Below, piece by piece: positions 24,145-36,059 of a DNA stretch of 64,000 nucleotides. The notes under the pieces are model-generated. The model saw only the letters and a program-made list of their open reading frames with translations. It had not been told where the DNA came from and did no database searches. Each line of letters opens with the position of its first letter. Position 1 is the first letter of the stretch. Source of the DNA: Macrostomum hystrix. Taxonomy: Eukaryota; Animalia; Platyhelminthes. A program made the position numbers and the translations under genes. The DNA lies in NCBI GenBank assembly GCA_950097015.1, contig CATNEN010000014.1:1860001-1924000 (forward strand), written 5' to 3'.

Positions 24145-24355
24145 CTCATCTTCAATCCTGACTGTACTCAACTTCAACCCTGACTGTACTCAACTTCAAC
24201 CCTGACTGTACTCATCTTCAATCCTGACTGTACTCAACTGCAATCCTGAGTGTACTCAACTGCAATCCTGACTGTGCTCAACTGCAATCCTGACTGTGCT
24301 CAACTGCAATCCTGACTGTGCTCAACTGCAATCCTGACTGTGCTCAAACTTCAAT
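24145..24355. repeat. Minisatellite, 22-bp unit CTGACTGTACTCAACTTCAATC
   Basis: Direct periodicity. Confidence 0.9.
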
Positions 24356-25219
24356 CTCTGATTCACCTGAGCACCGAATAAGGGCTCCTAGGAGTAATTT
24401 TACCTGGCCGGAGCTGCTTAGCCTTTCTGCAACAAATTCTCTCCAGCGCAGCATTGACCCGACTCAATCGTGGATTTTTCGCGTTTCTTAGAAAAAATCT
24501 AAACTAGAGACGCAGAAAGGTATTCCCGGGACATTTTTATGACCAGGCAAACTTCGCCACCCACACTAGAAAGAAGAGCCTGGCAGATAGTGAGCAGTTA
24601 TTCGTATTGAGCACACTCGCAACCTGAGAAGAAAGTACACTCGTACACTAGCCTCCACAAAGAAACATTCCCAATGGGAATTAATTTGAGCCGCTGACTC
24701 AGAACTTGGACAAGCGTTTAAAGAAATCTCGAAGCTACAGGTATCGATTTTAACCTGCCCAATGCCCAATTCTATTTTTAACTCTAAATTTGAGCTAATT
24801 AAACTCGAGGATAGGTGATGCGACTGCTCCAAGAACCTCATTAATAATCTCCCCATAGCCTGTGAGCACAGCAGATACACCCCATATCCTTATTAACTGG
24901 GGAGGTTAAACAGGATAGCATTGCGGATTCAAAGACTAGAGTAAATGAAAAATAATTCACTAAACGTCTGCTATAAGTAGCAATCAGAGACTTTTGCTAA
25001 AAAAATAAGTGAAGTCAACAAAATTTCGTCCACAAAAGACTTTAGGGTCGCGGCACCGCGAGCCGGCAATAATTGCGACACACACTTTTACTTGAATAAT
25101 GAGGCGAACAATACAATGCCAAATTCGATAAAAAAAGTAAGCTTGGACAACTTCCCATCTTGTGGTGTCTTGAGATCTACTCTAAGCTACGAATCCTAAC
25201 AAACATACCCAAGCCTTAC

Positions 25220-25650
25220 CAGTCCGAAAAATCCCATTACAAGCCTCATCAATCTTCATCAATCTTAAAAATCCCATTACAAGCTTCATCAATCTGAAAA
25301 ACCCCACTCCAAGCCTCAACAATCTGAAAAATCCCATTACAAGCTTCACAAATCTATAAAAATCCCTTTAAAAGCTTCACCAACCTAAAAAATCCCATTA
25401 CAAGCCTCATCAATAAAAAAATCCCTTTACAAGCTTCACCAATCTAAAAAATCCCATTACAAGCTTCACCAACCAAAAAATCCCATTACAAGCTTCACCA
25501 ACCAAAAAAATCCCATTACAAGCTTCACCAATCTAAAAAATCCCACACGAAGCCTCATCAATCTAAAAAATTCCACTCGAAGCCTCATCAATCAAAAAAT
25601 CCCATTACAAGCCTTATCAATCTAAAAAATCCCACTCCAAGCTTCACCAA
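25220..25650. repeat. Degenerate ~29-30-bp repeat AAAAATCCCATTACAAGCTTCACCAATCT (downstream of the NOB1 stop)
   Basis: Direct periodicity. Confidence 0.88.
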
Positions 25651-25708
25651 TCTTGAACAGCATCCAATAGGCTCTCTATAAAGTTCAAAATCCCCTGCAA
25701 GCTTTGCT

Positions 25709-28066
25709 TCACTTCCGTCGCGACTTCCGGCCAGAGCCAGTGCGCCTGGCGCTCTCGTTGGGATTTCGGCGCGACCAGTGCGGCAGGCCGCCCCTGATGC
25801 CGAGCACGGCGGCCCTGCTAGACAGGTCATGCTGGGCGAACAGCTGCCCGGAGGCCGGGCCGCATTCGGCTTCGGCAGCGAACGGGTTGGCCTTGTGCAG
25901 CGTCTTCTTGCTTGGCCGCTGCTGGGGCACCCGCTGCCACTCGCAGACGACCGGGTCCAGGCTGTGCTTGCCGCCGCGTGGCCTCGGCAGAGAATAGCGG
26001 GTGCCTGGCGGGGTGCGGGCAATGTCCGACTAGTGGGGAGTCTGGTAAGGGAAATTTCCTGGGGAGGAAAATGTCATAGGTAGGGAAATTTCCTGGGGAG
26101 GGAAATGCCCTGGTTAGGGAAATGTCCTAGGGAGGGAAATGCCCTGGTTAGGGAAATGTCCTAGGGAGGGAAATGTCATAGGTAGAGAAATTTCCTGGGG
26201 AAGGAAAAAAATGTACAGGGGAGGGAAATGTCCTAGGGAGGGAAATGTCCTGGGGAGGGAAACGTCATAGGTAGGGAAATGTCATAGGTAGGGAAATGTC
26301 ATAGGTAGGGAAATTTCATAGGTAGGGAAATGTCATAGGTAGGGAAATTTCCTGGGGAGGGAAACGTCATAGGTAGGGAAATGTCATAGGTAGGGAAATG
26401 TCATAGGTAGGGAAATGTCATAGGTAGGGAAATTTCCTGGGGAGGGAATTGTCCTGGGGAGGGAATTGTCCTGGGGAGGGAATTGTCCTGGGGAGTGAAT
26501 TGTCCTGGGGAGGGAATTGTCCTGGGGAGAGAAATGTCCTGGGGAGGGAAATGTCATAGGTAGGGAAATGTCATAGGTAGGGAAATGTCATAGGTAGGGA
26601 AATTTCCTGGGGAGGGAATTGTCCTGGGGAGGGAATTGTCCTGGGGAGGGAAATGTCCTGGGGAGGGAAATGTACAGGGGAGGGAAATGTCCTTGGGTGG
26701 GAAATGTCCTGGGGAGGGAAATGTCCTGGGGAGGGAAATGTCCTGGGGAGGGAAATGTCCTGGGGAGGGAAATGTACAGGGGAGGGAAATGTCCTTGGGT
26801 GGGAAATGTCCTGGGGAGGGAAATGTCCTGGGGAGGGAAATGTCCTGCAGTGGGAAATTTAACAATGTTTCATACCAGGAAATGTGTAGGAAATGTCTTG
26901 GCGGGAATGTGTCTGGGACTGTCTGTAAGAATTTTTATTTTCACAAAATGCTCCGCTGATGCCTCAGGTCCATGGCTTACCTTTCAGTCTATACTGGTAA
27001 TTTTTCTTAAAGAACAGCCTGAGCTGCCCTGTTGCATTGTCCAATTGTGCGCTGATCCTCTGCAGCGTGGCGTGACCGCACGAGGGGCAGAACCGCCGGT
27101 CCGGTCTGAGGCAGCGCTTGTAGCAGCCGGCGCACCAGAGGACGTGAGTTCGAATCTCGGAGATGAGGCGGCCCTGGCAGGACAGGATGGGAATGCCCAG
27201 CCTGGCGCAGACATTCTGTACAGCGAAATCCGTGCTGGCGCAGGCCACCTGGCACTTCTCCGACTCGGAGGTGTGCACCACAGAGCCGTTGCCAAGGACG
27301 CTAGCTAGATTGTCCTTGGTTACCCAGCCGGACTCTTCGTCTTCATCTTCGCCTTCTGATGTGTCGGCATCTTCAGCTGACATCTCTTCCTCCTGGAGAC
27401 GACGCGAGGGAAAAAACCTGTCGATCCAATCAGCAGCCACTATCAAGCTTCTCGACTGAGCACCAATCACTACAGCTGCCACTATCTAGCTTCTCGACTG
27501 AGCACCAATCACTACAGCTCCCGCTATCTAGCTTCTCGACTGAGCACCAATCACTACAGCTCCCGCTATCTAGCTTCTCGACTGAGCACCAATCACTACA
27601 GCTGCCACTATCTAGCTTCTCGACTGAGCACCAATCACTACAGCTGCCGCTATCTAGCTTCTCGACTGAGCACCAATTACAGCAGGGTTCTCACCTCAGT
27701 CGCTTCGGGCTTGTCTCCTGAAGACGTGCCCTCCATCTCCGTCTTGTCCGCCAGCTCCCTGGGCACAGCCGGACAGCCCAGCTCGTCCATCAACTGCAGC
27801 GCCAGTGCCACGATGCCAACATCGGCCATAGACAGCACGCAGAAGTCGCCGGACGCCTTGGCGGCGGTCAGCACCCGCTTGACGTGCATCTCGGAGGGCT
27901 CACGCACCCTGACAGGCTCTGGCAGCAGCTCCAGCCTGAGGCGGGCATTCTGGTCCTTCACCTCGGCCAGGACCTCCGGCGTGGTGTGGAACTGGCCACC
28001 GAGGCTGGGCAAATCATTGCATGCGATGGCAGCTCCAGCATCTAGGATCACGTGATCTACCACCAT
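25709..28066 (-). CDS. NOB1: NOB1 20S pre-rRNA endonuclease (PIN domain + Zn ribbon); exons 27695-28066, 26981-27392, 25709-26004 (359 aa)
   Basis: PIN motifs HVILDAGA, TTPEVLAEVKD, SGDFCVLSMADV and CASTDFAVQNV; GWVT motif; Zn ribbon CAGC..FCPSCG; C-terminal GTRYSLPRPRGGK. Junction phases 0 and 1 are consistent. Confidence 0.95.
26045..26860. repeat. G-run minisatellite, 17-bp unit GGGGAGGGAAATGTCCT (NOB1 intron 2)
   Basis: Direct periodicity, with a variant ATAGGTAGGGAAATGTC. Confidence 0.95.
27425..27680. repeat. Minisatellite, 42-bp unit (NOB1 intron 1)
   Basis: About 6 copies of CCGCTATCTAGCTTCTCGACTGAGCACCAATCACTACAGCTG. Confidence 0.93.
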
Positions 28067-29293
28067 GGCCTCTGCAGACTGGTGGTTGAGGGGTGGGTGA
28101 GACTGTTTATTCACAGTATGCAAATGGCTGTAAAAAGACACTAAAATAGACCCTACTTCAACTTTAATTATATGGTGCTTGTCCTCCGACCTCCCAATGT
28201 GGTACTTACAATGAAACCATAACATATTATGACTAGCAGGCCTGGGACTAATTGGCTAAGTGACTAAAAAAGCACTTATCTAAAACTTGAACTCTATATG
28301 TAACCCTACTACCCTTTTCCTTTTCAAACTAAACTGGCCAGAATGCCCAGAAAAAAATAAGAGACAATCAGAGTCTAATCAACTCAAATAAGTGAGCCGT
28401 ACCCCATTTGACATTACGACTGTGAATGGATTGACTAGATTTAAAATGTAAGAATATAAGCTTGCAAAAAGGTTTTAATCTATCCTAGCTAAACTTCATC
28501 TGCACAGTTAGGTTAAGGGGATGAGACTAAATTTGCCTGAAATCCACTAGTCTAACTCATACAATGCATTAACTGTTTTTCTAGGAAATGTTTCACACCA
28601 ATTCAGTTTTCAGAAAAAATGTGCCTTTTTTGCAAGCATTGGCCTGGTATGCTGTTTGGTTCTGTCATACGAGTTTATCAAGACTCCAATACTACAATAA
28701 CATTGTTTAATACATTTTTACATTGTAAAATGTATGAACATGTACATCGATTTACTCTTATTCTGCATATAAATTAAACTTTTTGTAATTGATATAATTA
28801 ATGTAATTTACATACATGATAAAAAGAAATAAATATTACTAAAAAATTATCATAGAATTACTGATTAGTGTAATAAGCAATACATTTGCTTCTGTAAACA
28901 AAAATGTGAATATGATTAATTAATTAAGACAGAAAATGTGTTTAAAAAATAATTGATTTCCAATCAGATATAAATACAGTCTTGTAAAACACTTTAATTT
29001 GTAAATCAGCACAGTAAGTTTGGTATACACTATGCTCTAACTCATGTTTAGCTTTTCAGGCTAATGCATTTAACCATTTATTAACATGGACACGTTAGTG
29101 TATTTTTTTCTTATGAGCATTATATTGCAAATACCCTAGTTTTTTTTGAAGAAAACAATTACATTCACAGTGGCAGTTTCTATATGTCAGCATTAGTCCT
29201 GTGTGAAGTAAATAGAAAATACAAATAAAGCATAATACATTTGCCGACACTTTAGCAGACAGCTTTTATCAGATAATATTATAGGAATAAAAT

Positions 29294-29573
29294 CATACAT
29301 GCGCAACCTCCCAAATCTTAGCTGGCTGTGCGACTTAGTTTTTGCTCTCATTTGTGACTTAGTTCATTTCATTGCTCTATTTACGACTTAGTTTGCTCTC
29401 ATTTGCTCTCTTTTTCTCTCCCCTTTTTCCTTTTCTTCACGCCTTCCTTTTTTGTCCCTTGGTCCCCCCTTTGATTTTTTTGCGCTTGGTCTATTTTTTT
29501 TGTGACTTACCTTGCTTGGCCCTCGTTTCACCCGGCTGGTTCGGCCGGGTCAGCTGGGTGTTGTGCATGTATG
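29294..29573. mobile_element. MITE (~280 bp, 14-bp TIR CATACATGCGCAAC, 8-bp TSD AATAAAAT); hAT- or P-superfamily-like
   Basis: TIRs with one mismatch, identical 8-bp flanks, and a second copy at 50601. Confidence 0.88.
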
Positions 29574-29924
29574 AATAAAATTATAATTTTGGCTTAGGTA
29601 ATGATGCATTTTTAGTATAGACAATGCTGCTTATGCACAGTTCTTGATTTGCTGATTAACTTTTTTCAGTCTCAAAGACAATATACAAATGCTAAAAAGA
29701 AACTATAGCTAACTTTAAAAAACTAAAGCTATAAGGGTTGTCAGAAAAGTTCAGTGTATTGGGGCAGAGCATAGCTCCAAAGCTAGCTGATTGAAAATGG
29801 CTTTTGCTATAGACATTTTTGAACTCAATGATTTTCCCACATCAGTTTTATGTTCATAAATCATTTCTGGCTTGCATAGCATGGAGTTTCTATGGCACCC
29901 TGAGTTGTGAGAAAGTTTTTCAAA

Positions 29925-30420
29925 TCATGTCAAGCAAGTGGTGATCAAGATTCAAGCTTTGTGCAGGGGCATTCACCAATAAAAATATTAGAAGAAATGA
30001 AACAAACCCTGGAAGACTCAGGCCTATCATATGAGACAATTCACTGCTAGGTTGTTGCCATTCAAAATTGCAAGAAAGACCTAGAACATGAAGATGAGCA
30101 ATGTGTTAGAAGGTCAAAAAGTGCTCAGACTGACAACCTGGTAAGTTAGGTGGAGGCAGCTAATGTTGCTGGATTGGCAGTTGACCACATGGCAGCTGTC
30201 TAACATCAAGGGATGTCCAATGACTCAATCCATCCACAAGATCTTGGTTGAGGACCTTGGCATGGGCAAGATTTGTGGGTCCCACATCTCCTTACCAATG
30301 ATCAGTGAGGTTGGCAGGTTGTCATCTGCACATCAAAACTTGCAATGGCATTGACAAAAGGTTTTGGCATTCCTACAAAGGATTGCTGCCCACAATAAAA
30401 CATTCATGAGAGATAGAGTG
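29925..30420 (+). pseudogene. Decayed mariner (Tc1/mariner) transposase N-terminal relic
   Basis: Frameshifted or stopped fragments GHSPIKILEEMKQTLEDSGLSYETIHC* (HTH), SIHKILVEDLGMGKIC and FLQRIAAHNKT resemble mariner GKSP..IH..L..VYG...SY.TV.RW, VHRILHEDLGMRK and FL.RIVTGDET. Confidence 0.7.
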
Positions 30421-31826
30421 CCATATGGTGAAGGCCAGATTCTTCACATCTCCAGAAGGCATCAGTTAGGAGCATCAGTTAGCTCAAGGTCATGCATGTG
30501 ACCTTCAACTGGCAAAGTCTACTGTCTGACCCCATAGTCAGGAAGGTGGCACCGCATGAGCCAGAATAAATTTTGGAGGCACAATCTGTGCACCATCTGT
30601 GCATCATAAATTCGCCATTTGTGCACTATCTATGTGCCGTCTATGCACCATCTGTGCGCTGTCTATGGGCTATTTCTGTCCCCGAACCCTGACACTACAC
30701 AGAAAAGCACCTATTGTTAACCCTAAGGTGATTATCTCCAAAACTACTAGTCCAATTTGGTAGAAATTCGACATGGTATCATATCTCGGTTGCTGTATGG
30801 AGAATATAGTGTCGACACTCCATGCTTGTTTAATTTTATAGAATTTTTTATTCATCTGATATCAATCTGAATATTCAGCAGGAAACCATAACATGGTGAA
30901 ACTTTGGCTTGAAAGTTCTGCTGAATCATGCCTAAGCTACACTCTTCCATAAAGTATTTTGTATAAATCAAATTCATTTCTTGACATGTTTAATAAGTGA
31001 CTGACCATACCTTAAGGCTTTCTGAACATAAATTTATAAAATAGGTTTACCCATAAACATTATGTGTGGAAAAACTGATTGAATAATACTTTTTGTTGGT
31101 TATAGGCCCTAAGAGATTTAATTTAACTACCTAATATAGTTTATGCTGTCAATTAAATAAAAAAGATGTAGGGGCCTAACATAACAACAAAAATTAATCA
31201 TAAATTATTGAATAAACTTTTAATTAGGCCTAATAAAGAATGACACAGTTGGCATAAAGACGATGCGAAATAATGTTGTTGTTAAAGGGCCTTGTCCAAT
31301 CTGGACTGCAGGTCAGCCCTTGTGGGGGCTCTACTGCTGTATATATTTTCTTGTATTAAAACATTTCTATTAAAATATAAATATAAAAGTAAAAAATAGA
31401 AATTTAGAATTTTAAAATTTTTAGAAGGTCCGAAGTTTTGGTTTAATAAAAATAAAAGAAATAGATCGAGTGAAATTTTGCGATAGGTAAATCAGGTAAC
31501 TAGGCAATGAATATTTGGGCACTGAGCCATGGCGAAATAATGTTATAACTAAAATAAAATATGACTGGCTTGCTGATATTGCGAAACAAACGGCAACATT
31601 TTCAACTCTAGACTGCAGACTGAATCCTGAAGATTAGACTGAAATATGTGTAATGAGTAAGTAAAGTAATAGAATAAAATCATTTTAAAGTGATAAAGAG
31701 GGATTCATACTTCATAAGTGTGAATAATTTTATGCGTCTCTCACTAGTAGCTTGCTATTAAAAATTCGTTTAGTTGAATCTAAAAATAAGCATGACAAAG
31801 GCATCGAAATTTTCTTTTATGTCGAA

Positions 31827-33282
31827 CGTCCTATTTTCCAGTACCAGTAACAGTACCAGTACCGGAAAAAATAAAAGTTAAAACAAATGGTCGTAACATC
31901 GAAAAATATTAATTGCCATGGCTGTAGATGAAGCACGTGCAATTTCAGCTTCCTACAGCATCCAGCGCCGGAGCAGTGGACCCTTAAAGTGCGTCTCCCC
32001 ACCCCAGCCATAGAAGCCTCTGTTACTAAGGTCATGAGGACCCTTATTGCGCCAGCATGACTGGTCAGGGGCAACTAATAACCATCAGAGCATCAATTGC
32101 CATGGCTGTAGATGAAGCACGTGCAATTTCAGCTTCCTACAGCATCCAGCGCCGGAGCAGTGGACCCTTAAAGTGCGTCTCCCCACCCCAGCCATAGAAG
32201 CCTCTGTTACTAAGGTCATGAGGACCCTTATTGCGCCAGCATGACTGGTCAGGGGCAACTAATAACCATCAGAGCATCAATTGCCATGGCTGTAGATGAA
32301 GCACGTGCAATTTCAGCTTCCTACAGCATCCAGCGCCGGAGCAGTGGACCCTTAAAGTGCGTCTCCCCACCCCAGCCATAGAAGCCTCTGTTACTAAGGT
32401 CATGAGGACCCTTATTGCGCCAGCATGACTGGTCAGGGGCAACTAATAACCATCAGAGCATCAATTGCCATGGCTGTAGATGAAGCACGTGCAATTTCAG
32501 CTTCCTACAGCATCCAGCGCCGGAGCAGTGGACCCTTAAAGTGCGTCTCCCCACCCCAGCCATAGAAGCCTCTGTTACTAAGGTCATGAGGACCCTTATT
32601 GCGCCAGCATGAAATTGCACGTGCTTCATCTACAGCCATGGCAATTGATGCTCTGATGGTTATTAGTTGCCCCTGACCAGTCATGCTGGCGCAATAAGGG
32701 TCCTCATGACCTTAGTAACAGAGGCTTCTATGGCTGGGGTGGGGAGACGCACTTTAAGGGTCCACTGCTCCGGCGCTGGATGCTGTAGGAAGCTGAAATT
32801 GCACGTGCTTCATCTACAGCCATGGCAATTGATGCTCTGATGGTTATTAGTTGCCCCTGACCAGTCATGCTGGCGCAATAAGGGTCCTCATGACCTTAGT
32901 AACAGAGGCTTCTATGGCTGGGGTGGGGAGACGCACTTTAAGGGTCCACTGCTCCGGCGCTGGATGCTGTAGGAAGCTGAAATTGCACGTGCTTCATCTA
33001 CAGCCATGGCAATTGATGCTCTGATGGTTATTAGTTGCCCCTGACCAGTCATGCTGGCGCAATAAGGGTCCTCATGACCTTAGTAACAGAGGCTTCTATG
33101 GCTGGGGTGGGGAGACGCACTTTAAGGGTCCACTGCTCCGGCGCTGGATGCTGTAGGAAGCTGAAATTGCACGTGCTTCATCTACAGCCATGGCAATTAA
33201 TATTTTTCGATGTTACGACCATTTGTTTTAACTTTTATTTTTTCCGGTACTGGTACTGTTACTGGTACTGGAAAATAGGACG
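31827..33282. mobile_element. Foldback-type palindromic element: ~674-bp inverted arms (85-bp unique end + 184-bp tandem units) around a 110-bp spacer; 9-bp near-TSD
   Basis: 31826-32499 is the reverse complement of 32610-33283. Units start at 31911, 32095, 32279 and 32463. Flanks are TATGTCGAA (31818-31826) and TATGTCAAA (33283-33291). Confidence 0.75.
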
Positions 33283-35324
33283 TATGTCAAAGACATGTTT
33301 TCCGGATTTTTACCGGATTACCATATTTTATATGTTCCTTTTTCTGTGAATATATTGTGGTTTGTATATTTCTGTTAATATTTTTGCTATTATCATAGTA
33401 ACTATAAAGCTGCCTACCTTTGCTTACTTTTCGTTATTTATGATTGTTTCGCTTTTTTAAAAGTTTAACTTTCTATTTTCTACGAAATGTTTCTCACCGA
33501 TTCGGTTTTCAGAATAACCTTTTTGCAAACATCGGACCAGTCTTACGAGTTAACATAAAAGTTATTATGTCCACAGCAGCCGTGCATGTACTCAAAACTC
33601 AGGTAAACGGCTGCTGTGCATTCAAAGCTCTCCAATTGCAAACCCACTTGTTTGCTATGATTTCATAACAAAAGAATTTACAAATGTAATATTTAAACAT
33701 CAACTTCTTTTCTTTCCAAATTAGGCAAATTCATGTTTTTAAAGAAAAAATGTTTCTTTAAATACTTTTAATCCAGACAACATCTTGCAATATTTTACGA
33801 GTGTGCCATATCAGATTGATGCCAAACTTGTTTTGGGCGAAATGGTCATGGCCGAAAATGATTATGGCCGATATGACTGGTGCTATATTGTGTGCAATAT
33901 GGCCTGTGTTGCATTTATTGCAGAAAATTATACATTGACTAGATGAGTGTTAGCATTTTAGCATTAGCACCTATTCTCAATGTATCTGTCAAAAGTATTA
34001 TTTCAAATTTTAAATATCATTCATATATTGACTGTTCTTACACACTTATAATATATACTTATAAAAATCCTATAAGCCTTTCAAGATTTGCTAAAATCAA
34101 TATGATGACAAAGTGTCTAAAAAAGACTTTGTCATTAAGAGGAATGTGTCCACAAACCAATAGAATAGATACAAAGAAGGACATCATTTTCTGAGTTAAT
34201 AAGGCAGTTTACTCCCGTTTTATTTCAATTTTTTCTAAAACAGAATGTAGCTATATTTGTTTTAATAAAGAAGCCAAGTTTTTTTAATAATAAACTAATG
34301 ATGCTTATGTTCACTTTTTACTTTCTAGTGGTGTCAAGATTTAGATGATTTGTTGTATACTTTTTTATTTTCATGCAGAAACATAAGCACTTTTGTAACT
34401 GTTGTTCTTTATATAGAGAGAATTTTTAAAGCGATGCAATTCCCATCAGCACATCTTAATGAAACCAAAAAGTACATTGTTTTCCCCTTCTACTGTACTG
34501 ATTTTCGGGATTTGTCTTGATCTTTTGTTCAATAGGAACATTTAGTCAAAATAATATATAAGTACTTGTACTAAGAAAAAACCATCCTACCTAGTCTCTT
34601 CTCTGCTCCCTTGTTCTTCATACCTCGTTCCAATCCTGTGAGTTTAGTTGGAATCCAAACCAAATCTAGAAAACCCAAGGTTAGAACCCAATTGACTCTG
34701 GAAAACATATTGGCTTTAACTTACATTTAACTTGATACCAGAAATATATTTAAAGAGAAACATCCTGCCTTCCTTTTGGTGGAATATCCCTCCTCACTGG
34801 ATCAACAAATAAAATGGACTTTAAGAGATAGCACTTATATTTGGGAAGACTTCTCTCAACATCCCCTATTTATTTAACATTCTTGTGATTGCTTAATCTT
34901 TGAACTTATAAATAGATTGACCATCATGGAGAGTGCACACCAGAAAAAAGTATTGTCATTCCTATGCCTCATTTAATTTCTGAAACTTAAGCAATTCTGG
35001 TTTCAGATTCGAAAGATTACTTACAGTAGCACAGTTGGAAACGCCAAGACAAAAGCACAAAATAATTTAAATTTTAAAGTTAATTTACATTAATTTTGGT
35101 TAATTTTTATATGAATAATAGAGAAATTAATTGCGACCATGGTAGGAAAATAGTCGTTTTAAGTTTTTTTCATTTTCACTTGCAACCTTTCGCAAGCAAA
35201 CTAGAGTGAATCAAAATCTTGCTATCTATAATGCTTCTCAATGGAAACTATTATTTTTTAACAGTACAAGTTCTTGCAAGCCCTCACAACACATTGTAGC
35301 TGAGCCCACTGGCCTAGTGCTCAA

Positions 35325-35687
35325 ATGCCCACAGACTCAGAGGAAGAGTACAGCACGGTGGTGCGCAGCCGGCTAAAGCTGAAACTCGGCGACTCCGGCG
35401 TTGAGAGCTCAGGAAAGAAGAAAAGCAAGAAAAAGAAGAAGGACAAGAAGCGCAAGGAGAAGGCTAGCAAGGAGCTGGAGGAGCAGCGGCAGCAGCAGCC
35501 AGAGCTGGAAGTTGACACCAGAACAGCAGCCGAGAAGGCCCAAGCCAGGGTGCTGGAGGCCCGCATGGCCGAGCAGCTGATGAAGCGGGCAGAGAAGTCG
35601 CACAAAGAGCGCATAATGGAGTTCAACGCCAAGCTGGAGAACTGCTCTGAGCACTTCGACATACCGAAGATCTCCTGGACCAAGTAG
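35325..35687 (+). CDS. FAM32A: FAM32A-like splicing-associated protein (intronless, 120 aa)
   Basis: LKLK, Lys-rich tract, RTAAEKA, and C-terminal SHKERIMEFNAKLENCSEHFDIPKISWTK matching the FAM32 signature (HYDIPKVSWTK). AATAAA at 35763. Confidence 0.93.
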   Translation: MPTDSEEEYSTVVRSRLKLKLGDSGVESSGKKKSKKKKKDKKRKEKASKELEEQRQQQPELEVDTRTAAEKAQARVLEARMAEQLMKRAEKSHKERIMEFNAKLENCSEHFDIPKISWTK

Positions 35688-35762
35688 GGCGTGCGTCCAA
35701 AGGCTTACTCAAACTGTGTCTTTTTTACAATGGCAATTGTGAACTTTATGCATTATAATTAT

Positions 35763-35768
35763 AATAAA
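35763..35768 (+). terminator. Polyadenylation signal of FAM32A
   Basis: AATAAA 76 nt after the stop codon, followed by T-rich sequence. Confidence 0.55.
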
Positions 35769-36059
35769 CATTTTCACCACCACTCGTTTCTACTTCAAAC
35801 AGTTTAAGCGTGTTTTTACCCTTTTTGCTGTTTCATTTTTTATGTTTGTATTGAGACACTTTTGTTCTTAAACTATATAAATTACAATTGCTGTGTTTGT
35901 TGATTAAATAAATTTAACATGAAAAATCGCGTTGTTAAATAGTTGCGCGTGTCTGTAAATCATTATTCACGAGATCCTGCAATCAAAAGTTAAAAGTTTA
36001 ATAACTTCTGTGCATTTTGCTTCTGTGCCAGTTTATTTCAGTAAAAGATGGGCTGGTCT

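Noticed and set aside
26005-26041. Alternative NOB1 exon 3 acceptors at 26041 and 26029
   Set aside because: They are phase-incompatible with the phase-1 donor at 26981. Only the acceptor at 26004 restores GTRYSLP.
33572-33618. 12-bp stem CACAGCAGCCGT/ACGGCTGCTGTG with a 23-nt loop
   Set aside because: A single short hairpin without TSD, second copy or RNA motif; insufficient support.
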